From: Camelus ferus
Lineage: Eukaryota
Length of the DNA stretch: 64,000 bases
NCBI RefSeq assembly: GCF_009834535.1
Contig: NC_045697.1
Span: 114,392,001-114,456,000 of the forward strand
Direction: 5' to 3'
Below the pieces are notes generated by a model. The model had not been told where the DNA came from, did not search any database, and saw only the letters and a list, made by a program, of their open reading frames with translations. The position numbers and the translations under genes were made by a program. This document shows, piece after piece, positions 25,770 through 38,270 of the stretch (its first letter is position 1; every line of letters begins with the position of its first letter).

Positions 25770-27400
25770 TCCTCAAAACTCCAGTGCAATCTTGAATGAA
25801 GTGGTGAAAATGGGAATTTTCCTCTTCTTACAGATCTCAAAAGGAGCCTTTTGGAGTTTGACCCTTAAGTATGATGTTTATTCTAGGTGTTTTGCATTGT
25901 CTGTTGGCAGACAAAGGATGCTTATTTCATTCTGAGTGTGCTAAAAAAAGTCATTCTCATCAATGATTCTTTTCTATCCCATGTGGTATATCTTCTGAGT
26001 TTCTGGAATGGTCTTGAGAATTTTCTCTTTTAATCTTTTACTGTAGTTAGTTGATTTTTATAATATACACCAATGTTGGTTTCCTGGATAAAGCAAATTT
26101 GGCCATGGTATATTGACATAGCCAAGATACTCCTTATTTGATTGAAGCTGTTATCTTCTGCTTTAATACATCATGAATTTTATCATGAATTAGAGTCGAA
26201 AATTGTCAAATGTTTTGTTCTCATCTGTTAAGGTGATTGTACTATTCTGTTAATTTAGTAGATTACATTGTTCAGTTTTCAAGGATAAAACTACCTCCTC
26301 CAATCAAAAGGCATAGAAAGGCTGAGTGGATACAAAAGTAAGACTTATCTGTATGCTTTTTATGAGAGACTTGTTTCAGATATAAAAATACACACAGACT
26401 GAAAGTGAGAAGATGGGAAAAGGTAGTCCGTGCAAGTGGAAACCCAAAGGAAGCTGGAGTAGCAATGCTTATGTCATCAGCCCCATTATTTCTCACTAGA
26501 GGTGACATGTAATTTTTTATCCTCAGCCTGCTTTAAATATTTTCCTTTTATCTTTTAATTTCAGTAGTTTGACTATGATATGTCTAGGTAATAATTTCCT
26601 TGGAGTTTCCCAATCTCAGTATTGTTAAGTGTCTTGGAGCCATAGGTTGATATCTTCCAAATGTGGGCTAATAATTAAGTATTTTTTCTAGACATATTTT
26701 CTCTCTTACTTCCTTTGGTGGTACAACAGAATATATTTTAACATTGATAGTTTTTCATAGGTCTCCAAGACTTTGTTAGCTTTTCCTTAATACTTTTCTC
26801 TTTATCTTTCAGATAGCATAAATTCTGTTTATCTATGGTCAAGTTTACTGACACTTTCTAATGCCATCATCATCATGGTGCTAAATACATTCAATGATAT
26901 TTAATTTTATTTATTGACTTTTCAGCTGTAAAATTTTTAATTTGGATATATAATGTACACAATATTTAATGTATAATATATAAGTATGTTATATATTGTG
27001 ATATATATTTATATATTAAGTATATAATATAATAGATAATAGTATACATTATTATATATAGGCTATATACTACATTTTATATAGTTTGTAGCTGAAATCT
27101 CTTTAATCCTTATTTGTATTTTTTTAATCAAGTTCTTAATACTATTTATAATATCCTATTTAAAGTCCTTGTTTACTTACTGCAACAGCTAAGTCATCTA
27201 ATGGTCAGTTTTTATTGAGTGCTTTTTTTTCTTTCTCTTGACTTTGGTGAAATTTTCCTGCTTGCCTATATGGTTGATTTTTAATTGGATATTGGACAAG
27301 AAGAACAAAATAGTATAGATAATCTGGATTATTTTTTTCTTCCTTTGAAGGGTGTTCAATCTTATTGTAGTAGGCACATAACTTGATCAGACTCCAATTC
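25770..27400 (-). mobile_element. Old L1 fragments (ORF2-like, then ORF1-like) with an embedded TA-rich tract
   Basis: ttgaatgaagtggtgaaaatgggaattttcctcttc and cccttaagtatgatgttta; ORF1-like cagtagtttgactatgatatgtctaggt; TA-rich tract at about 26945-27085. Confidence 0.65.
26283..26476 (+). mobile_element. Isolated L1 ORF2 endonuclease N-terminal fragment
   Basis: Translates as PPIKRHRKAEWIQK*DLSVCFL*ETCFRYKNTHRLKVRRWEKVVRASGNPKEAGVAMLMS, matching the start of the L1 APE-like endonuclease (PIKRHRL..W..CCLQETH..LKVKGW..AGVAIL), with two stops. Confidence 0.85.
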
Positions 27401-27679
27401 CAGAGTCTCCTGCCTTGGGCAGTAGTGGAAAAATTCTATTCAGTTACCCCTATTCAAGCATAGTCCAGAATGGAAGATATTAAAGGAACTTAGATGCTGG
27501 AAGACAAGACAGTTGGTTAGAGGACGCAACTGAGACAATGTGGGATGGCATGTATTATTGAAGTGCTGAAAACAGGGGATTTAAGAAAGAGTTGATATTA
27601 ATTTCAGGAAAATACAAAAAGTCAAAATTAAGGCAGTCGCAGTGAGGAAAGATTTTCTTTTGTCTTCTCAATTTTGCCT

Positions 27680-28545
27680 GTCCAGCTTTTCTTGATTTTC
27701 TTAAAATTAAGCATCTATTATTCTGTGTCTGTGGGTTTGAATGAGGTTGACCTCACCCCCAGCTCCAGAGGAGCATGCATAATCCAGTCAATCCATCAAA
27801 ACAAAGTCATCATCAATCCCAAGTTTTCTGATGAAATGATCAGTTTGTCAAGCTCTTTCTGCTCACTTTAGGTTTATAAAGAAATACTGCTAGAATCTCA
27901 TACAATGAGACATTGTGTGTATAGAATCAGCCTGAAAGCATCACATAAAAGATTAGAACAGAGAGATAGAGCCAATAAGAGGCCAGATTTTGATGACATC
28001 TGTTGACATTCGGGGTCTATGTTTGCACAAGGCTAGAATGTCCAGGTGTGGATTTTGGTGTGAACTGAATGTCTGAGAAAATGGAGGAAGGAGGTGCACT
28101 GAAAATGCTTGAACAACACTGGAGTTATGATCAAAACAATTAAAAAATAAATTGGAAGTTGCCCCTAACTGATGCATCATCTTTGTCTTAACTGGGGACT
28201 GAATATGCTTACTAGTAACAGAAAACTAAAAAAAATAATGTCTTGAATACATAAGGAGGTGATTGCCTGTCGTAACAGAAGTCAAGATTGGGCAAGCTAG
28301 AGTGAGATTGGTCAACTGTGGCATCTGGAGCCAGGTGGCTTCTTCCCTCACTCCTTGCCTTCCTTTATCACAGTTCCTGCACTTCTGACATCATGGAAGT
28401 ATTTCAGGCAAAGAAAGTGGAGAAGGCAGGGTCAACAAACCTAATATCCCGTCTGCACTACTGAATCATGTGGCTAATTTTTAACCTAATGCTTCTAGAG
28501 TAAAAAATGTCATGATAGGAAGGGCTTGACATGAACATTGTGTGC
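27680..28545. mobile_element. Two old MaLR-like LTR relics (about 27680-28010 on +, about 28170-28545 on -)
   Basis: gggtttgaatgaggttgacctcacccccagctccagagg; actagtaacagaaaactaa..gtcgtaacagaagtcaaga. Highly diverged. Confidence 0.45.
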
Positions 28546-29164
28546 CGATAATGTATTTTTTTTTCCTACAGTCAGCAACATTCTCTCATTTTCTACCATC
28601 CATTGTTGGTCTCCAAGCCAAAGGAGCAATGTGCCAATGGCCCGAGGCTCTGTGTATGATGAGTTTTGTAACAGTTCTCACACCCGTGTGCTTATGCCCT
28701 ACACAATTCCAGATTTCCAAATTGATTCTTATGTTCACTCTTCTATCAATAAGGACAGTTGTTAAAGTTTGGAAATGAGGCTTAGCCAAGAAATATATGA
28801 TAATACCAACATGAACTATGCTACATAGATGTAAAAATTATCAGCAGCATTTGATAGAAGATATTACAGGTGTAAATTTTTATTTCAAGAAGATTGGTCA
28901 AGGCAAAAATTAGCTATATTGGGGCTGAAATGTCAGGCAGTGCAGCTGGATCAGGTTCATTTTTATTAGGAGAAATCAGAATTATTTGTAAACAAAAGGA
29001 GAAGTGTTACTAGCTTTGTAGATAACTTGAGATAAAAGAGGATATTTTAGAAAGAATGACAAGGGAAAGTGTGAGGTAATATGGTTAAGGAAACTAAATA
29101 TTTCATTCTTGGAAATGAGGGAGAGCTTTATCTCTTCCACTGAGAAAGGCCCAAAAGTAGGAGC

Positions 29165-29345
29165 ATAGTGGGTCTCAAATATTAATACATGTTAAAAATC
29201 ATCTCAGGAGATTTTAAGTGTGCAGTGTTCTGTCCCCTTTCACAATCTAGTAAATAACATGCTCTAGAAGTCGGAATCTATATTTTTAGACAAGCACTCG
29301 TTGGGATTCTGATGCAAGTGATGTTCAGATTATATTTGAAAAAGG
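29165..29345. mobile_element. hAT-Charlie MITE, MER5-like
   Basis: tagtgggtctcaaa..aatcatctcaggag..ggaatctatatttttagacaagcactc..gattctgatgcaagtg. Confidence 0.7.
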
Positions 29346-30744
29346 GGTATGTTTTAAATGAGGGGAGAGAAGAGACAAGAATTCACACATTTTATTTATA
29401 AAGTAGATTAAAAGTTTCCATAACTTTCATGATAGATTAATGAGTGAGACTTGAGAAAAAATTTTGTTTAAAGTTTTGTGAACGTTGTGTCAGGGAGCTG
29501 ACAAGATGAATATAAGCTTTGGTTGGATTTATAAAGCATAAGACATGCCAGGCTCTGTTTCTATAGCAGTGTGCTACAGTCTAGTGTCCATGACTGCAAC
29601 AACCAAAAGCAAACTAATTTAGCCTAAGGGTTTTGTCGGACTGTAGTAATGCAAACTTTATTTCTCAAATATCAGGTGGTCTATCCTGAAGAAATATCAA
29701 ACATGTAAGACGATGTATAGATAGCTTTAAAACATGTTTATGTATATTCCTGAATGTATATTTTTGCCCTGCAAATGTAAATTATAAATAGTAATGAATA
29801 CGTAGTGATCTTGGCAAAGACTTCACAAATACAACCTTGGGGTTTATTACCTGTGGATTAGAAATAAAATGAAAGAAGTAAATTATAGGAAGTATTGGGA
29901 AACAAAAATTCATATCTATAATATTTATAAAATGATGAATGAAAAAGGACAAAATTACTTTGACGAAGTACATTTTGTTCATAATCATGACTTTGAGTAT
30001 CGAGCTAAGGCAAGTTAGGCCAGGCAGTAGGGAGGCAAAATGATGTGTGTGAAGGCCAGGGTCTTTGCCTTTGTACCCTTCACCTGCTGAGAGATCTGGA
30101 CTGAGATTTAAAGCCTCTTCACTGTAAAATGAAGATGATAAACTTTTATACGAGATCAGAGTTGTAAGTGTCTGACATAGTTCTCTCCACACTTTCTAAT
30201 AGTAAAGTCTGAAGATACACTTTAGGAAAGAAAAAGAATATGTTGCTCTTTTAAAGTCAGATTACCAAGAGCATTATTAAGAGAATGTGATTGCTAAGTA
30301 GCAGATAGAATCCAAACAATTTCAAAAGGTGTGGCGTAATAAAATAACTTTGACAGAAGGAAAACTAAGTCTGGTACATTTTTTAAATGTATTGCTACAA
30401 CAGCCTGTTACAAACTTTATATACATGCAATTATGGAAAATGTTGATGGTACCAGAAGCATAATGACAGTGTAAATTATAGAAGCACTGGAAGAAATGGA
30501 GAACACATTTGATTTTAATGTTTATTTGATCTAATGAGGGTAATTCAATCTCATTGTCACTTTAAACATTTCTGTGTGACGGGGGTGATAACCTTCAATG
30601 AAACAATGATAATTTTTTATGCAATAACAAAGAGGTGTATAACTCTTTAAATATTTTTCATGTTTAAAGATTTTGATATTTAAAGAGGCAAAAACATTAG
30701 AGTCTTTTCTTAGATATAGTTATAACATTTGAAAAATGCACTTT

Positions 30745-30882
30745 AATGAAGTAAAGTCAGACAATGTTGCATCAATTTCTGGTGACCGGCATCATGTTTC
30801 AGTCATACATATACACACATATATTCCTTTTCAGATTATTTTTCATTATAGGTTACTACAAGATGTGGAATATAGTTCCCTG
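30745..30882 (-). mobile_element. L1 3'-end fragment
   Basis: gacaatgttgcatcaatttctggtg..ataggttactacaagatgtggaatatagttccctg. Confidence 0.8.
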
Positions 30883-31030
30883 AAAAACTCACTCTTTTTT
30901 GTTACGTAGCCTTTGTATGTGAATCTGGAGGATGAGAATACATAAATTCCTAATTATTCAGGAGGCTTTTCTCTGCTATTATTTATTTTTAATCTTGTAT
31001 TTATTTATTTCACCTGAGCCTTTTTGATTG

Positions 31031-31480
31031 TGTCACCTGGGGGTGGGGAGGGGCGGGCACAACGTGAACTTTGAGAATTGTTTTATTCAGTGGATATCTT
31101 GAGGACTCAAGCACGGGAGACAGCCTCTCAGATCACTCTGAGGGACTCCTCCAAAGAGTTAAGGGAGGAGCCATGAGATATAGGAATTTTCCCAACAAAA
31201 ACCAGGTAATCAAAACATCCAAAGATTACTGTTCATTACAGAGAACCAGACACCTCAAGTTAATGAATTTACCACTTTTCTATCTATGGGAAGACGCAAA
31301 AGTCTGGGCTCATTGAAATCATTCCTTTGATATGTACCTTAACCATCTAGGGCCAGCGTTCCATCTTCTCCATCCTGAGTCCCCTCAGGATGCACAAACA
31401 AGGTGGCCACAGTGGTTTATAGCTTGATGGCCACAACATCCTTTGTTTACGGATAGCGAAGGTGACCTTCTTCATCTACA
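31031..31480 (-). mobile_element. ERV1-type solo LTR
   Basis: TG..CA termini (tgtcac..tctaca), minus-strand AATAAA near 31082-31087, and the LTR-typical gagacagcctctcagatcactctgagggactcctccaaagag. The TSD is imperfect (attg/gctg). Confidence 0.75.
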
Positions 31481-32059
31481 GCTGATTACAGTTTCTATCA
31501 TCTCAGTGAACCTCTCTGAGAGTTTGTAAAGGATAATAATAGACACCTGATTGTAGTCATATATTTAAATTGAGGCTCTCCTTTACTTCACTGTTTTTGG
31601 TGCTATTATCCACCAAATGATGAGGAGGGATTGATGAATTTTTAATGATTGTGAATACTTAATTCTTGAGAATAAAATTATTTTAAATATAGTGTATAGT
31701 ATAATGGATAAAATATAGGAATGGTTTTCTATCTGAGTATAGGTGGAAGATTTATTGATGAGAACAGATAGTTGGAATATAATTAGAAATGCCGATGATA
31801 CTGATTGCTTGCAATTTACCAGAGACTTCATGTGCATGTTTCATGCAACATAAACATTTTTATTCTTAGTAATCAATGAAAGCAGTTAACTTGTGAAACA
31901 TACACAGCAAGTACATAATAGAATCCAAATCCTTTCCAAGGTTCTGATTTCAAAATCCTTGCTTTTGCCACTCTGCTAAATTACTTCCAAATTACTTCTG
32001 ATTTAATGAATGGCTATTTTGCAGTAGGTAATATAGCAGAAGATTAATTGGCCCCAAAC

Positions 32060-32170
32060 TTATTTAATCAAGTTTTATTAACCTTATTTTCAAGATGAGG
32101 AAGCAGGTTCAAGGAGCTCAACTTACTTTCTCAGAATCACATAATTGTTAACGTCAGATCTTAGGGTGCA
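32060..32170 (-). mobile_element. MIR fragment
   Basis: ccttattttcaagatgaggaagcaggttcaaggagctcaacttactttctcagaatcacataatt. Confidence 0.6.
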
Positions 32171-33086
32171 TACAGAACAACACTGAGCAGTTTAACAGAA
32201 GCCCTACAGGATAATTAAGCTTTAATAGTCTACTAATTTTATTAATTAATTTGGGATAAAATAATTATTAAACAAGAGTATCAAATATGACTGAAGAGAT
32301 TGGTCCTAACTAATATAAAGCTACCCTGTGAGGTTCCCTCTTCAGGGAGTTCAAATAAATTGGAAGTACAAGTATTTAAATAGCAATAATCCATGATAAG
32401 CCCATCTCATTTTTAAAATGTAAATGCTCAAATACTATCTTTCTCTCAGCATAAAAGAATTTGGGAATGTAATATAGGTATAGTGTTGTAAGCATTAAAA
32501 AGTAAAACATAAACATGATTGTATTAATTAGTCAATGACATGAAATATAATTGAACTGCATTAGGAATTCATGTTTTGCATACTTTATCATGTTTGTTTC
32601 AATCAAAGTCTTCTCAGAATATGAATATTTCATACATGACCTTCAGACTTCATTGTGTTTTCTGTATTCTATGTACTTACTCTGGCAGTCAGTTCACAGA
32701 CCAGATATGTTCCAGAAAAGTTACATGGGGAACAAATCTTGTACTTTACAGTTGAAAAGATACTAAGAAAATGTGCTCTTTAAACTTAAGTAACTCCAAG
32801 CATATTAAACCTTCAATACTCAATCTTTTTTTAAATTAAAAAAAGTTTTTTTGATCTATTTTTATATATAGTGGGTAACATATGCAAATCTCAGCCTTAA
32901 GCTACAATTGTTGAACTATTTAAAATTATTGTAACAAAAAAAAACAATATAAGCCTTTATATTACAACTGTACTGTGGCAGACACATTTGTAAATACTTT
33001 TGACGAAATAAATTATTTAGCTTTGTCACATGGTCTTTATCACTAATATCTCTCTTTTAGAGATGATAATTTTAGGACACGAGGTT

Positions 33087-33528
33087 GCCTCACTGAGTCC
33101 AAACTCATTCTGTTTGCCACACAACAGGCTAATAAATCTGGAGATGAGGCACTGGGGCAAAGAATAGTGACTTTATTCAGAAAGCCAGCAGACTGAGACG
33201 ATGGGGGACTAGTGTCCTGGAGAACAATCTTCCTCAAGTCACAATTCATGCTCCTTTTATACTGAAAAAGGGAGGAGGTTTGGTTGTTACAAACTTCTTG
33301 GTGTAGGAATTTCTGTTCTTGGAATCCTTTGTTCTTGCAGCTGTCTGCATGGGTCAGGTCATGGTGCCCCTGTAAACCTCCAACAAAACAAATGTTATTC
33401 TCTATTCTGCAACTTGTTATCTTTACGTGAGTGCAGAGCTAGCAAGACCAAGCCTAGAAAATAGGGCGCAGGGTTAAAGCCAAAGGAACAGATCTAATGT
33501 GGAGTCAGATTTGTTCTTTTCTATTACA
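33087..33528 (-). mobile_element. ERV1-type solo LTR, same family as 18868-19387
   Basis: Shares tgactttattcagaaagccagcagac, gctccttttatactgaaaa, ggaatcctttgttcttgcagctgt and gatctaat(a/g)tggagtcagatttg with the first copy, and ends in ttaca. Confidence 0.88.
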
Positions 33529-33851
33529 TAATCTAAAAAATAATAATAATGATAAGACAAAGGAACAGGTATAACAAAGCAGAAACAGACTCACAGATAC
33601 AGAGAATGGACTGTTGGTTGTCAGGAGAGAGGGGTGTGGGGTGGGGCAAAGCTATTATAGAGGATTATGGAATACAAGCTACTATGCATAAAACAAGATA
33701 CAAAAAGACCTAATGGATAGCACAAGGAAAATAGTCACTATTTTATAATAGCTTTGTATGCAGTATAATCTATAAAAATATAAAATTTCCATGCTGTACA
33801 CCAGAACTAATATATTGTAAGTCAAAAATACTTCAGTTTAAAATAAAATAA
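33529..33851 (+). mobile_element. L1 3'-end fragment abutting the LTR
   Basis: aacaaagcagaaacagactcacagatacagagaatggactgttggttgtcagg..gctgtacaccagaactaatatattgtaagtcaa plus an A-rich end. Confidence 0.82.
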
Positions 33852-34499
33852 CATGGGGAATGTCATGAGGGTTATTTGGTTTTTTACTATAAAATAATTA
33901 CCATACAATAATTACTAGCTTCCTGATGGCATTTATAATGACTATAACTTTCAGTTAGAGGCAAACTAGGAACCTCTAAGAAGTCAAAGAAAACACATAT
34001 TTTGCATGATTGACATGTCTTTCCTTCCAAAATACACTCATACTTCAATTTAAAAAAAAAATCTTTATTGAGAGCCTGGAAATACAATTATGTTCAATTC
34101 AGAGTCCTTGCTGTTGAATTGGCAATTGAAATATAAAGAAATCCATGTGCCAATAGCTAAATACATGAATTCTATGGAGTGCTACATAATCAAAAATTAA
34201 ACTTTGCCACATATATGCTTTACTCTAAAAGTCTTTATTGAAATATATAAATGATAAGACAAGTGCATAAAACTTAACTTTACAGCTTGATGAGATTTCA
34301 CAAATTGAAAACACTGACATAACCAGCTCTGGGATGCTTTTGAATGTTTTTCTCTGTGTTGTCTCTTTCTTTCCCCTTATTACTGGTAAAAAAAAAAAAG
34401 TATGTGTAGTGCAAAATGTGTGGCTCACACTAGACCAGATAGCTGACCATTTTTTTTCCAGATGCATTTTTCTTGAGAGACATTAAAATGTAATATACT

Positions 34500-35171
34500 T
34501 GTTATCAGTGCATTGCCTCTCTGCTGCAAACCACCCTTAAATGACTGCTCTGAAATAATATATTTGGACCCTGTAGATGTTTCTCCTGTGGCAGATGGCA
34601 TGCTTTGTTAGTAGAGAGTACCAGAGAGACACTAGAGTAAGAAAGGGGTTTCTCTTCCAAGTCTGCTGTGTTTTCCTAGGCAGGCTCCTGCACCATGTCA
34701 ACTTCCAAGCTCAGCAGAGGGCACAGCTCCTCCAGTCCCTTGACTCCAGAAGTACCTGACTTATAAGCAGCTCAGAGTAGTCCCCGGGGGAAGATTTCTC
34801 CAGCAACTCCACAGTGGCTTCTTAGTGGGGATTTTCCAGCAGGGTACCTCCTATTAAAAATTTCTTCCTGTACTCCCTGGGAGGCTTTGGCCTCGGTGAA
34901 CTTCTCCACTCTCTCATGAGCCATAGATATACCCACCCTCTAAAAAGAGGTCTGGGTGTTCTCCACACTTCAGGAAATGAGTCTCTCCCTGTGGTTCATG
35001 ATCTCATCTCTAGGAGATCTGGTTGTTATTTTATCTGTTATTCCTATATTTTTTATAGGACCCTTTACTCTTTAGCAGACAATTCCCTGTTATAGTTAAT
35101 ACTTTTAATTAAAATGTCCACATTCAAGGTACCACATGGTTCCTGCCTCTGGATTAGTGCTTGACTGATGT
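34500..35171 (+). mobile_element. ERVL-type LTR (LTR41/LTR33-like)
   Basis: Start tgttatcagtgcattgcctctctgctgcaaaccaccctt and end ggttcctgcctctggattagtgcttgactgatg resemble the recalled consensus termini. Confidence 0.6.
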
Positions 35172-35408
35172 GCTTGCTTCCTTCAGGGTCCCAGAGCTCT
35201 TCTGATTCAAGACATGATTCACAGTAGTAAAGTTGGGTGCATTTTGCATAGTATTATTTGTCAGTTTAATCTATGAAATTTAAAATATCTGTCAATGAAT
35301 ATTAAGCTCAACTTAGTAGAATATTAAAATCAACCTAAGATATTGGAAAGGTAATTATTGAAATTACATTGAAAGAAAGAAGCAAATGTTATTGAAAAGC
35401 AAATCAAA

Positions 35409-35646
35409 AGGGAGTGGGGAAGGATAAATTGGGAGTTTGAGATTTGCAGATACTACTAGATATAAAATAGATAAACAACAAGCTTATACTGTTTAGCACA
35501 GGGAACTGTATTCAATATCTTGTAGTAACCTATAATGAAAAAGAATATGAAAAGGGATATATGTATGTATATGTCTGACTGAAACATTGTGCTGTACACC
35601 AGAAATTGATACATTGTAAACTGACTATACTTCCATTAAAAAAAAA
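35409..35646 (+). mobile_element. L1 3'-end fragment with poly(A)
   Basis: ggataaattgggagtttgagatttgcagatac..tagcacagggaactgtattcaatatcttgtagtaacctataatgaaaaagaatatg..aaaaaaaaa. Confidence 0.88.
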
Positions 35647-36049
35647 TCATCAGAAATGAATATTATTTGAGTACAAATACCAAGACATATTTTGTTTTAT
35701 CATTTGAATATATAATAGCATCAGAATCTGATTTTAAATTGTATTTATTTGTTATTTATATATGTTCATACAGTTAATTGATTGATTCATTGATTTGTAC
35801 TATATATGACTGGGTGATCCAACTTCTAGCCAGGAAAAGCATACTTTACACGGGATAACTGACCTTGTTACCTCCCTTCTCTGATTTCTCTTAACCCCTT
35901 TGGCGGATCATTCACTCCTCTAAATTATACATCATTTTTTTAGGCACGTTGATAACTTTATTCTGGTTCCACCTGGTCTCAAACACCTGGGAGACACCCC
36001 ATTTCCTAAAGATGATCATGTACTTTTCTCTGACAGAGTTTAATGCTTC

Positions 36050-38270
36050 CCTTCATCTTTGGCCTTTAGCAGTATGAATTTATTTCTAGGTTGTTTTTTA
36101 ATTCATTATTTGTTGAAAATTCTTGACCATTCATTTTGCAATATTTTTTTCCTCATTCTTTTACTTTCTTTTTCCTTCTGGGACTTCAATTAAATATATT
36201 TCAGACTGATATGGGCATACAGCTCTCTGTTCTTTTAAATTTAAATTATTAAAATTTTCCAAGAATTTCCTCTTTTGTTTTCATTTGAGTAATGTCTGTT
36301 GACCTATATTCAAGTCCACCAAGGCTTTCCTTGAATGTGTCAGGCCTACTGATGAGCCTGTCAAAGACATTCTTCATCCCCTTTGCTGGGCATGTGTTTA
36401 AATTTATTCCTAGCCTGCTCTTTGACATTTTCTTATTGTTTCCATTTCTCTGCTGAAATGACCCATCTATTCATGAATGTCTTCAAGTCTTTTCACTGGA
36501 GCTTGTGATGTATTAATCATAGTGATTTTATATCCCCTGTCTGATTTTCACTTCTATTATTTGTTTTATCTTTCAACAGTGGATTCTTTTTTCTTTCCAT
36601 TTCATAGGTCTCATAACTTTTAGTTGAAATCTACATATTCCATGTAGGGGGTCAGAAGCCTAAGTAAATAATGTTTAAGGCTGGAAATAGGCATGCCTCT
36701 TTTCCTGCTAGGCTTTCATTGAGGAGCTGAGCTGTGTTTCTGTTTTGCTGGTAGTTTCAATTACCTGCCATGCATGGCCAACCTCAGGTTCCTTCAGTGT
36801 CACCTTGTGGTTAGGGCGGGAGCTAGACTGATAGACTATCTGAGTTTTATTCTGGAATGTGCTTGGTCCACCTTGAGTTGTAGATGTTCCCTGTGACCCT
36901 GCATCTTGGTCCCTGTGTGCTCTTATCCCTCTGCTGGGGGTTGGTCTGCTGTTGCTTGTTTCTTGGTCCTGGTTACTCCAGGTGGTGAGGAACAAAGAGG
37001 CTTTCCACATTTTCTTCATTTAGCATCAGTCTTAGGTAGCTCACGTGTCTCTGAGTCATTGGAGCCAAGTTTCCTTGGTGATCCTGCCCTGCTCCCGTGT
37101 AAAAAAATCTCTAATTTTCTGAATCTAGGAGGTTGTCTTGCCTCGCTCCTTTTCCCAAGCTCCGTGAGTTTTCAACCCCCTGAAAGTGACAGGATTTACT
37201 GCCCTTTATTTTCAGCATCTTAAGACATTATTCCACTGGGGAAAGCATCCAGGTAAGAATTGTTTTCTCCCTCAGCAGTGCCATCCCAGGGCAACAGGAA
37301 CACACCAACTGTGGGAGGCTTTCTCCACTCTTTCCTGCCCCCAGGCTTTTTCACAAGCAAACAGTGAGGTCCATGGAGAAGGGGCTGCGACCATCTGTGC
37401 TCCCAGGACTCCATACTCTCCCAACTGGGAGTGCTCAGCTTTGAGCAGTTCATTAAGGAGTTAGTTGATATTTTTGTATCTGTTTGCATGGCCACCTTGT
37501 CTCCTTCTGTTACCCAAAAGGGGGAAGGAAAAGGCCCCAGTTCTTGACTTACCCAAAAGATAAGAATTCACATGGGAGATGAAGCGTTGTGTAGCAAAAG
37601 ATTTTAAAGGTTTTATTTGCAAACAGGATGTACACCTCCAAGAATGGGAGGCAGGCTGATCCAAGAGTAGATAGCAATGGTGTTTGTTTGTCCCCTTCTC
37701 TTCTACCCTCACTTAGTGGTGATCTTTTGACTGATTGACAGCTCTTGCCCCTGGAATACTTAGTCATGCTCGTCCCAATTTGCACATGTCCTTACCCATG
37801 ATGCACACAGAAAAACTCATGGGGGGTTCTAAACCACAATGCTAATTATATCACAGTGAGCCCTGGGTCATGTCCTGTTAGGTCCTTGTTGCTACCGAGC
37901 AGTTGCAGCCTTTGAGTTCTAACTGGTTTCCTGCTTGCCCTCATTTAGAAGTAAAGCCCCTTTGTGCTGAAGGTGGGCATAACACCATCTTCTGGACCCT
38001 GCTGCCTCTCCTCCACTTTATCTGCCTGGTGCCCCCACTTATCTAACTACCTAACACTTCCAGTGCTCTGGGACAGGTGAGGGATTGCCAGTGTCTTGTC
38101 TGTCTGGAGGCTCATGCCAGCGTTCCTCAAATTTTACCCTCATGGTAGCCATTCAAAGTCAGCACTCTGATGGGTTCAGCAGCAGTGTGATTTTGCAGAT
38201 TTCCCAGCTTCTTCTTATGGTTTGATAAGTATGACACTCTTTCCATGTGTCTATCCTTAGATGGAACCAG
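36050..38270 (-). mobile_element. Old L1 ORF1/5' region, interrupted by a solo LTR
   Basis: gacctatattcaagtccaccaaggctttccttgaatgtgtcaggcctactgatgagcctgtcaaagacattcttcatc and downstream L1M 5'-end-like sequence. Confidence 0.65.
37508..38056 (-). mobile_element. ERV1-type solo LTR (549 bp)
   Basis: Inverted termini TGTTA..TAACA, exact 4-bp TSD CTTC (37504-37507, 38057-38060) and minus-strand AATAAA at 37612-37617. Confidence 0.88.

Noticed and set aside
18868..33528. Two same-family, same-orientation LTRs as the ends of one provirus that captured CNN3
   Set aside because: The first LTR has its own TSD on both sides, the copies differ substantially, and no gag/pol/env lies between them. The CNN3 copy has its own L1-type TSD.
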